From positions 8,903 through 51,032 of the forward strand of contig DYHL01000001.1 of assembly GCA_020724185.1 (NCBI GenBank): a DNA stretch of 42,130 nt, given 5' to 3'. A model generated the notes under the pieces. It did no database searches, was not told where the DNA came from, and saw only the letters and a list, made by a program, of their open reading frames with translations. The translations under genes and the position numbers were made by a program. Of the stretch, positions 35,813 through 42,130 are shown in pieces. The DNA comes from Candidatus Nitrosymbiomonas sp. (GTDB lineage Bacteria > Sysuimicrobiota > Sysuimicrobiia > Sysuimicrobiales > Humicultoraceae). Positions within the stretch are counted from its first letter, which is position 1. Each line of letters opens with the position of its first letter.

Positions 35813-36814
35813 GTGTCGGGCAACCTGCTGGAACGGTACCAGGACGACCTCTACCTGGTTAAGGGAGCGACGGGCTGGTCAACGGTCGCGGCCTTGCTGG
35901 CCGGGCTTGCGGCCCTGCCCTTCCTGCTTCCCAAGATTGGCCTGGGCTATCTTCTCTTCATCGCCATCCTGATGGCCGCCAACGTGATCGTGGCGGTCGG
36001 TCTGAACATGCTGGTCGGGTTCACCGGGCTCATATCGTTGGGACATGCCGGCTTCGTGGCCATCGGCGCTTATGCCTCAGGCCTGCTGGCTGCCAAACTC
36101 GGTCTCCCCTGGTACGTCGCCTGGATCGGTGCGGCGGCGATCACCGCCGGATTTGGCTTCGTCGTAGGCCTGCCGGCGCTGCGCCTTACCGGCCCCTACC
36201 TGGCCATCGCCACGCTGGGATTCGGCATCGCCGTCTACCAGGTCCTCGTCAACTGGACGGCGCTGTCAGGCGGGCGCACGGGCCTGCCGGTCCAGCAGCT
36301 ATCGTTTGGGATCCCGGGGTTGACGCCGACCCAGCAGCTCTACTACGTGGCCGTCGGCGCGGCCGTCGCGCTCTCGTGGATTGGTTACAACCTCGCGCGG
36401 TCGCACGTCGGCCGGGCACTCGCCGCCATCCGCGACAGCGACATCGCCGCTGAGGTTACCGGGGTGAACCTGCTCTGGTACAAGACCCTGGCGTTTGCGA
36501 TCAGCGCCGCCTACGCCGGGATCGCGGGCGCCATCATCGCCCAGGCGCTCCGGCACCTGGAGCCGCAGTCGTTCACCTTCCTGGAGTCCATCACCTACTT
36601 CGCGATGATCGTCATAGGAGGGCTGGGAACGGTCTCCGGCGCGATCATCGGCGCCGTCATCCTGACGCTCCTCCCCCACTATCTGAGCGGGCTCAAGCAG
36701 TGGCTCCCCATCGTCTACGGCGCGACGATAATTCTAATGATGATGGTTGAGCCACGGGGGATCTATGGGCGGTGGATACGGATCAAGATGTACTTCAAGG
36801 CCTGGCCGCTGTGA
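35813..36814 (+). CDS. livM: Branched-chain amino acid ABC transporter permease (LivM-type)
   Basis: 333-aa polytopic protein with LivM-like motifs (GLNMLVGFTGLISLGHAGF, PALRLTGPYLAIATLGF). GTG start. Confidence 0.85.
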   Translation: MSGNLLERYQDDLYLVKGATGWSTVAALLAGLAALPFLLPKIGLGYLLFIAILMAANVIVAVGLNMLVGFTGLISLGHAGFVAIGAYASGLLAAKLGLPWYVAWIGAAAITAGFGFVVGLPALRLTGPYLAIATLGFGIAVYQVLVNWTALSGGRTGLPVQQLSFGIPGLTPTQQLYYVAVGAAVALSWIGYNLARSHVGRALAAIRDSDIAAEVTGVNLLWYKTLAFAISAAYAGIAGAIIAQALRHLEPQSFTFLESITYFAMIVIGGLGTVSGAIIGAVILTLLPHYLSGLKQWLPIVYGATIILMMMVEPRGIYGRWIRIKMYFKAWPL

Positions 36815-37686
36815 CACACCTGGCGCAGTACCTGGTAGGGGGCCTGGCGACCGGCAGTCTCTACGCGCTGGTGGCCCTGGGCGTGGTGCTCCTCTACCGG
36901 AGTTCCAGGGTGCTGAACTTTGCTCACGGCGACATCGCGACCCTGGGAACCTTTGTCGCGTTCACCCTGATCGGCCGCAAGCTGCCGTTCTCGCTGGCGG
37001 TGACCGGCGGATTAGCCGCGGCAGCGCTGGTGGGCGCCCTATTCTTCTTCTTAGTCCTCCGCCCCGCGAAGGAAGCCTCGCTCCTGGGCAAGATCGTGCT
37101 TCCCCTGGGCCTCGCCCTGGTGCTCAGCGGCATCGTGCAGGTCGTCTGGGGAACCGATACTCTGGTCTTCCCATTCCCCCTCTCGGACATCCGGGTCTAT
37201 CGGTTCGGGCAGGTCGTCATCAGCGAGACGAACCTGGGCACGATCATCATCGGGATAGTCCTGATGACCCTGCTGTACGTCCTGGTGCAGGGCACCAAGG
37301 TCGGACTGGCCATGCGGGCGGTCGCCCAGAGCGCCGATGCGGCCCAGGCGCTGGGCATCCCCGCGCGCCGGATCTACGCCCTCACCTGGGGCCTGGCCGC
37401 GGCCCTGGGCGGGGCTGCGGGCGTGCTTCTGGCGCCGGTCGTCTACCTTGACCCGTTCATGATGCTCGACCCGTTCCTCAAGGGCTTCGCGGCCGCGGTC
37501 ATGGGCGGGATGGACAGTCTCCCGGGGGCGGTCCTGGGGGGATTTCTGCTCGGAATCGCCGAAAGCGTATTCGCGGGGTATGTTTCGTTCAAGTTCAAGA
37601 CCACGATGGCGTTCGCCGTGATCATCCTTGTTCTGCTTGTCCGGCCGGAAGGACTGCTCGGCCGCGTGTACCACAGGAGGGTATGA
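36811..37686 (+). CDS. livH: Branched-chain amino acid ABC transporter permease (LivH-type)
   Basis: GTG 36811 overlaps the livM stop (GTGA). LivH pattern LVGGLATGSLYALVALGVVLLYRSSRVLNFAHGD. Confidence 0.85.
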   Translation: MTHLAQYLVGGLATGSLYALVALGVVLLYRSSRVLNFAHGDIATLGTFVAFTLIGRKLPFSLAVTGGLAAAALVGALFFFLVLRPAKEASLLGKIVLPLGLALVLSGIVQVVWGTDTLVFPFPLSDIRVYRFGQVVISETNLGTIIIGIVLMTLLYVLVQGTKVGLAMRAVAQSADAAQALGIPARRIYALTWGLAAALGGAAGVLLAPVVYLDPFMMLDPFLKGFAAAVMGGMDSLPGAVLGGFLLGIAESVFAGYVSFKFKTTMAFAVIILVLLVRPEGLLGRVYHRRV

Positions 37687-37720
37687 GATCGGAGACTCGA
37701 CACGCAGGGAGGGAGCGCGA

Positions 37721-38914
37721 ATGAGAACTCTTGCCAAGTTCGTAATTGCCCTGGCAGTCGTGGCGGCCCTGGGTACCACGGCCATCGGCCAGCCCGCCGA
37801 GCGAGGTGTCACCCCGACCGAGATCGTGCTGGCCACGTCCATGCCGATGTCCGGCCCGGCCGCCCTCTGGGGAACTGGAGTCGGCGGCGGCATTGACGCA
37901 TGGCTCCGTCACATCAACGACCAGGGCGGCATCCACGGCCGCAAGTTCCGGTTCCTCATACGGGATGATGCCTACCTACCTCCGCGAGCCGTGGCCAACG
38001 TGCGCGAGCTGGTTGAACGGGACGGCATCTTCGGTCTGATCTCCTCGATAGGAACTGCCAACTGCTTTGCAATTCGCGACTACATGATCGAGACCAAGAC
38101 GCTCTGGATCACCCCGGCGTGCGGCGCGGACATCTGGGCGGGCATGCGGGAGCGCAACAAGTACCTGTTTGTTACCTACCCCGGCTACGTGGACGAGGGT
38201 ATCTACCTGACAAAGTACGGGGTGGAGAGCCTCAAGGCCAAGAACATCGCCGTCTTCTACCAGAACGACCTTTACGGCCAGCAGGGTCTGCTGGGGGTCA
38301 AGCGCGGCATCGCCCAGACCAAGGGCGCCAAGCTCGTGGCGCAGGTCTCCTACGAGGTCACCGACGCGGAGGTGGCAGCCCAGGCGCTGAAGCTGAAGGA
38401 GTCCAAGGCGGACACGCTCATCCTCTATGCCACGCCGCGGCATGGCGCGCTGATCGTGCGGGAGATCGCCAAGGTGGGGTACCAACCCACGCTGATGTCC
38501 ACATTCACGCTGCTCGACCCGGTCATGTTCGCGCTCGCCGGCGAGGCCTGGAACAATGTCTACCTCGCCACCTACATCCCGGTCCCCGGCATGGGCGATG
38601 CAAAGGTGGACGCGACGCTGGCCACCCTGATCCGCCTCAACCCGGCCCTGGCCCGCAACCCCTTCAACGCCTCCGCAGGCGTTTCGTTCGTCGAGTCGTT
38701 CCTCGAGGGAATCCGGCGGGCCGGACCAAGTCTAACGAAGGATCGCGTGGTAGCCGCGATGGAATCCATCAAGAACTGGGATGGTGAGGTTATCCGCGGG
38801 GTCACCTATACGCCTGAGAGCCGGCAGGGCATCAACCGTCTCTTCATGGTGAAGTCTGAGCGGGGCCAGTACACCAAGCTGTCGGACTGGTACACCTATC
38901 CCCGGAAGTTCTAG
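37721..38914 (+). CDS. Branched-chain amino acid-type ABC substrate-binding protein (LivK/Peripla_BP_6-like)
   Basis: ATG 37721 follows AGGGAGGGA. Signal-like N-terminus MRTLAKFVIALAVVAALGTTAIG, then IVLATSMPMSGPAALWG. Confidence 0.85.
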   Translation: MRTLAKFVIALAVVAALGTTAIGQPAERGVTPTEIVLATSMPMSGPAALWGTGVGGGIDAWLRHINDQGGIHGRKFRFLIRDDAYLPPRAVANVRELVERDGIFGLISSIGTANCFAIRDYMIETKTLWITPACGADIWAGMRERNKYLFVTYPGYVDEGIYLTKYGVESLKAKNIAVFYQNDLYGQQGLLGVKRGIAQTKGAKLVAQVSYEVTDAEVAAQALKLKESKADTLILYATPRHGALIVREIAKVGYQPTLMSTFTLLDPVMFALAGEAWNNVYLATYIPVPGMGDAKVDATLATLIRLNPALARNPFNASAGVSFVESFLEGIRRAGPSLTKDRVVAAMESIKNWDGEVIRGVTYTPESRQGINRLFMVKSERGQYTKLSDWYTYPRKF

Positions 38915-38928
38915 AGGAGGCTGGACTA

Positions 38929-38954
38929 GGGGCCGGGGGTGATGCCCCGGCCCC
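38929..38954 (+). terminator. Intra-operon GC hairpin (10-bp stem) after the SBP gene: attenuator or partial terminator
   Basis: GGGGCCGGGG (38929-38938), 6-nt loop, CCCCGGCCCC (38945-38954), followed by the pyrimidine-rich ATCCTTCTCT. Confidence 0.4.
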
Positions 38955-38999
38955 ATCCTTCTCTGGGACGTACTCCTTTACTGGGACGGACACCTTGAG

Positions 39000-39751
39000 A
39001 TGAGCACGCAGCCGTTGCTGGAAGTCACGGGTCTCTCGATCGCGTTCGGCGGCGTCGTCGCCCTCGACCGCGTGGATTTGGCCGTGGGAGCGCGCGAGCT
39101 GGTCTCGGTGATCGGCCCCAACGGCGCCGGCAAGACAACGCTGTTCAACTGCATCTGCGGCCTCTACCGGCCCGACGCCGGCGCGCTCCAGTTCCAGGAC
39201 AGCCCGCTGTGGCCCGGCGTGGCGTCGCCCGCACGTTTCAGAACCTCGAGCTGTTCCGGATGAGCTCGGTGCTGGACAACGTCATGCTGGGACGGCACCT
39301 GCACATCAAGACCTCTCTCGCGGACGCCGCGCTGGGCACGCCGCGGTGGAAGCGGGACGAGGTGCGGCACCGCCGCAAGGTTGAAGAGATCCTCGACTTT
39401 CTCGATCTCCAGGCGACCCGCCGCCGCCGCGTGGGCGATCTCCCCATGGGCCAGCAGCGCCTTGTTGAAATCGCCCGCGCGCTGGCCACGGAACCGATCC
39501 TCCTGCTGCTCGACGAGCCCTCGTCGGGCATGACCGCTGAGGAGAAGGCCGACCTGGTCTTCCGGATCAAGGACATCCGGGAGGAATGGGGCATCACGGT
39601 CGTGCTGGTGGAGCACGACCTGAAGATCGTCATGGGGATCTCGGATTGGATCGCGGTGCTCGATCACGGCGTGAAGATAGCGCAGGGCCCGCCGGATGCG
39701 ATCCAGCGCGACCCGGCGGTGATAACCGCCTACCTGGGGGAGACCGTGTAG
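39000..39751 (+). pseudogene. livG: livG-type ABC ATPase disrupted by a frameshift (apparent internal deletion of about 22 nt between Walker A and the Q-loop)
   Basis: ORF 39000..39263 carries Walker A (GPNGAGKTT) and ends out of frame. ORF 39209..39751, one frame over, carries the Q-loop region (ARRGVARTFQN), the signature-like LPMGQQRLVEIARAL and Walker B (LLLLDEP). Confidence 0.75.
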
Positions 39752-39777
39752 TGGACGCGCCGGAAGCCGCCCGCGCG

Positions 39778-40557
39778 ATGGACAAACCGCTGCTGAGGGT
39801 CGGCAACGTCGAGACGGCCTACTACGGCCGGCTGACCGTGCTGCGCGGCGTTTCCCTGGAGGTCCTGCCCGGTCAGGTCGTCACCATCCTGGGGTCCAAC
39901 GGCGCGGGCAAGAGCACGCTGCTGAAGACGATCATGGGGTACATCCCTGACCAGCCGGAAAAGGGCACGATCGAGGTCCTGGGCCGGCGCGTCAACGGAT
40001 GGGACCCCGAGGACATCGCCCGGCTGGGGGTGGCGTACATCCCTGAGGGCCGCGGCATCTTCCCCGAACTGACCGTGCACGAGAACCTGCGCCTGGGCGC
40101 CTATCCGCGCGGCGATGGGGCGGTGGCCGCCGACGTCGAGGCGATGGAGGCCCGCTTCCCCATCCTGCGCGAGCGGCGCCGGCAGCAGGCGGGCACGCTC
40201 TCCGGCGGCGAGCAGCAGATGCTCGTCCTGGCGCGCGCGTTGATGAGCCGTCCCAAGCTGATGCTGCTGGACGAGCCCTCTCTGGGCCTCGCTCCCCGCC
40301 TTGTGGGAGAGGTGTTCCGGATCATCCGCGAGATCCACGCCGCGGGGACCGCCATGCTCCTGATCGAGCAGAACGCCCGGCAGGCGCTTGGGGTCGCTGA
40401 CTACGGCTACGTGCTGGAGAGCGGCCGGATTGTGCTGGAGGGCACCAGCACGCGACTGGAAGCCGACCCGAACGTACAGGAGCTCTACCTCGGCATGGTC
40501 CGGGAGGAGTCGGCCAAGGGCTTCCGGCGGTTCAAGGTCCGGCGGCGCTGGGCATAG
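39778..40557 (+). CDS. livF: Branched-chain amino acid ABC transporter ATP-binding protein (LivF-type)
   Basis: Walker A GSNGAGKST, signature LSGGEQQMLVLARAL, Walker B LMLLDEPSLGL. The start is ATG 39778 (MDKPLLRV), or GTG 39751, which overlaps the livG TAG. Confidence 0.9.
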   Translation: MDKPLLRVGNVETAYYGRLTVLRGVSLEVLPGQVVTILGSNGAGKSTLLKTIMGYIPDQPEKGTIEVLGRRVNGWDPEDIARLGVAYIPEGRGIFPELTVHENLRLGAYPRGDGAVAADVEAMEARFPILRERRRQQAGTLSGGEQQMLVLARALMSRPKLMLLDEPSLGLAPRLVGEVFRIIREIHAAGTAMLLIEQNARQALGVADYGYVLESGRIVLEGTSTRLEADPNVQELYLGMVREESAKGFRRFKVRRRWA

Positions 40558-40610
40558 CGGGCCACGAGACGCATAGATCACTGGCTTCTTGATGCAGAGG
40601 TGAGACACCC

Positions 40611-40829
40611 GTGCGTACCACCGTGGATATTGACAAGGCCCTCCTTCGGGAAGCGATGGCGTTGGCCGGCGTCAAGACGCAGAAGAAGGCCTTCGAGCTT
40701 GCCCTCAGTGAGTTCGTCCGCTTCAAGCGCCTCGAGCGCTTGGCCAATAGAATCGGTGCGTTTGACGTCTCGCTGACCAAGGCGGAGCTGGACCGGACGC
40801 GCCGCGACCACAGGGGTCGTGATGCTTGA
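40611..40829 (+). CDS. vapB: Type II antitoxin, VapB-like (DUF2191 / ribbon-helix-helix type)
   Basis: GTG 40611 lies 7 nt after GAGGTGA. MRTTVDIDKALLREAMALAGVKTQKKAFELALSEFVR is the typical N-terminus of this antitoxin family. Confidence 0.8.
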   Translation: MRTTVDIDKALLREAMALAGVKTQKKAFELALSEFVRFKRLERLANRIGAFDVSLTKAELDRTRRDHRGRDA

Positions 40830-41091
40830 GTTGCTGGGCGGCGTCCGCACGGAACGCGACTACCGCGAACTGTCCGAGGAGTTGCGCGCGTTGCACTACC
40901 TCCCGACCGAAATGGCGTGGCCCGAGGCCTGGCAGCTCTCGTTTCGACTGCGGCGCCACGGAATAGCAGCCCCCTCGACCGACGTACTGATGGCCGCGGT
41001 GGCCATTGCGCACCGGTGCACCCTATTTCACGCTGATAAGCACTTCGCCGTGATCGCCCGGAACTCAACGCTGCAAACAAGGGAAGCCTAG
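40819..41091 (+). pseudogene. vapC: PIN-domain (VapC) toxin remnant lacking the N-terminal 35-45 residues, including the first catalytic Asp
   Basis: The 90-aa ORF aligns only with the middle and C-terminal PIN elements (MLELLGG.., STDVLMAAVAIAH, LFHADKHF). An in-frame TGA at 40774-40776 blocks any upstream extension, and there is no DxSV-type N-terminus. Confidence 0.65.
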
Positions 41092-41133
41092 TCCCCCTGC
41101 GGCCGGCCCGCACATTCGCGCAGTGAGTCAGCC

Positions 41134-41166
41134 TAGACTAGTCATTTGTTTAGGTCTATAATGGTC
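41134..41166 (+). promoter_or_regulatory. Candidate promoter/operator of the second TA module: TAGACT-N17-TATAAT, with the -10 bracketed by GGTC repeats and a GACTAGTC palindrome over the -35
   Basis: TAGACT 41134-41139, TATAAT 41157-41162, GGTC at 41153-41156 and 41163-41166, and the palindrome GACTAGTC at 41136-41143. Confidence 0.4.
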
Positions 41167-41200
41167 AATAAGGGATCACCGCTGTCTCGGGGGAAAAGCC

Positions 41201-41491
41201 ATGAAGCGTGTGCCGATTACATCGTTGAAGGCCCGCCTGAGTGAGTACCTGGAAGCCGTCAAGGCCGGGGAGGAGATTGTTGTGACCGACCGAGGCCGAC
41301 CGGTAGCCAAACTGATTCCTATGACAGGAGAAGGCCAGGAAGACGCCCGGATCGCTGAGCTAGTCAAGGCCGGTCTCGCGAGGCCTCCTATCGCACCCCT
41401 GTCTGATGATTTCTGGACACTCCCGCGTCCGGCTGATCCGGAGGGACGCGCGCTTCAGTTCCTCCTAGAGGAGCGGCGGAACGGGCGGTGA
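41201..41491 (+). CDS. Type II antitoxin, Phd/YefM family
   Basis: MKRVPITSLKARLSEYLEAVKAGEEIVVTDRGRPVAKLIP is the typical Phd/YefM N-terminal domain. GGGGGA lies 6 nt upstream of the ATG. Confidence 0.85.
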   Translation: MKRVPITSLKARLSEYLEAVKAGEEIVVTDRGRPVAKLIPMTGEGQEDARIAELVKAGLARPPIAPLSDDFWTLPRPADPEGRALQFLLEERRNGR

Positions 41492-41910
41492 GATTCTGGG
41501 ACGCGTCGGCGATAGTCCCCCTCTGTGAGGAGCAGCCCTCTTCAGATGCCATGCGGGCGCTGCTTCGTGAGGATTCCCGCGTGGTCGTTTGGTGGGCGTC
41601 ACTCGTCGAATGCTGGTCCGCGTTCGCCCGATTGCGGCGCGAGGGGGTCGTGGACCTTGCGGGCGAGGAAGCTGCGCGGACTGCGCTTGAGCGGCTGCGG
41701 AGGTCCTGGGTAGAGATCCACCCGGGTGAGGAAGTGCGCCTGCGAGCCGGACGGCTGCTGCGCACCCACCCCCTCCGCGCCTCGGATGCGCTGCAACTGG
41801 CAGCGGCGCTCGTGTGGGCGGGGAGCCCAGTCTCGATCAAGTTCGTATCCCTGGATCAGCAGCTCCGTGAAGCTGCGCTTCTCGAAGGGCTCACTCCGCT
41901 CCCAGCCTGA
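41488..41910 (+). CDS. vapC: PIN-domain toxin (VapC family), apparently intact
   Basis: The GTG start overlaps the antitoxin stop (GTGA). Acidic PIN residues sit in the expected contexts: FWDASAIV, LVECWS, ASDALQLAAAL, VSLDQQL. Confidence 0.8.
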   Translation: MRFWDASAIVPLCEEQPSSDAMRALLREDSRVVVWWASLVECWSAFARLRREGVVDLAGEEAARTALERLRRSWVEIHPGEEVRLRAGRLLRTHPLRASDALQLAAALVWAGSPVSIKFVSLDQQLREAALLEGLTPLPA

Positions 41911-41985
41911 CCCAACTTGGGCTCGGCGGGTCAGCCTTGGTCACCGGCCTGTACTGCCCGTCAATCGCACCACTATTCTATCCAC

Positions 41986-42021
41986 TTGACAGGTCAGACG
42001 AAATGGTCCGATAATCTGACC
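41986..42021 (+). promoter_or_regulatory. Candidate promoter/operator of the third TA module: TTGACA-N18-GATAAT with the 7-bp inverted repeat GGTCAGA/TCTGACC
   Basis: TTGACA 41986-41991, GATAAT 42010-42015, and inverted-repeat arms at 41992-41998 and 42015-42021. GGAGG at 42023-42027 precedes the ATG at 42036. Confidence 0.5.
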
Positions 42022-42035
42022 TGGAGGCTAGGCCC

Positions 42036-42130
42036 ATGGGAGACACCGTTTCTATCACCGAAGCGAAGAGCCGGTTGACCCAGCTCGTGCGCGAGGCAGA
42101 GCGAGGTCGGTCCATCGTCATCTCTCGGGA
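42036..42130 (+). CDS. Type II antitoxin, Phd/YefM family, N-terminal part (runs off the window)
   Basis: My translation from ATG 42036 reads MGDTVSITEAKSRLTQLVREAERGRSIVISR, matching the Phd/YefM N-terminal pattern and resembling the 41201 antitoxin. It is absent from the ORF track because it is truncated. Confidence 0.7.
   Translation, partial: MGDTVSITEAKSRLTQLVREAERGRSIVISR

Noticed and set aside
39000-39751. The possibility that the two livG pieces are a genuine split (two-polypeptide) ATPase.
   Set aside because: The first piece ends in out-of-frame residues (SPLWPGVASPARFRTSSCSG). The second has no ribosome-binding site and starts in the middle of the conserved ARxGxxRTFQ block. The spacing deficit fits a deletion.
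41908-41933. The TGACCC...GGGTCA inverted repeat after the intact vapC, as a possible terminator.
   Set aside because: It has only a 6-bp stem with a 14-nt loop and no U-tract, so it is too weak to call.
1-42130. I looked for CRISPR repeats, tRNA/rRNA genes, riboswitch-sized leaders, transposase or integrase genes, and large direct or inverted repeats.
   Set aside because: By eye I saw no regularly spaced repeats, tRNA-like cloverleaf segments or recombinase-like ORFs. Intergenic regions are all 137 nt or shorter, which leaves no room for large RNA elements. A computational repeat/tRNA/Rfam scan would be needed to exclude small elements.

Overview
This is a GC-rich, very gene-dense bacterial chromosomal segment. 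I call 39 coding regions, two of them apparently damaged, and recognised no rRNA, tRNA, CRISPR array, transposase or integrase. The order from left to right is as follows. (1) 1-8818 (+): a tightly coupled operon with a Gfo/Idh/MocA oxidoreductase, two xylose-isomerase-like TIM-barrel enzymes, a DegT-type aminotransferase, a cytoplasmic neutral-ceramidase-like protein and a three-component ABC importer. It looks like a keto-sugar/amino-sugar pathway with no assigned substrate. (2) 8927-12057 (+): a SAM methyltransferase, a fused GT2 glycosyltransferase / PIG-L (LmbE) deacetylase, and an EamA transporter. (3) 12054-17733 (-): a cell-envelope string, lemA-htpX-LysM/NlpC-P60-murT-gatD-MFS. (4) PhoD-like phosphatase and a bifunctional-nuclease-domain protein (+), then CDF transporter-pgi-pgl (-). 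(5) 23384-32935 (+): a membrane-anchored penicillin-acylase-family Ntn hydrolase followed by a Bacillus-type fadN-fadA-fadE beta-oxidation block and an acyl-CoA ligase. (6) korAB 2-oxoacid:ferredoxin oxidoreductase (-), divergent from a livM-livH-SBP-livG-livF branched-chain amino-acid importer in which livG is frameshifted. (7) 40611-42130 (+): three tandem type II toxin-antitoxin modules, the first with a 5'-truncated PIN toxin. I found no clear-cut novel defence or mobile system. The least explained parts are the two left-hand clusters. The directly visible oddities are the two gene lesions (livG, vapC), overlap at all three convergent gene junctions, and TAG as the majority stop codon. Strong GGAGG-type ribosome-binding sites, murT/gatD and the fadN-fadA-fadE order suggest a high-GC monoderm-like lineage; this is inference and no taxon is claimed.
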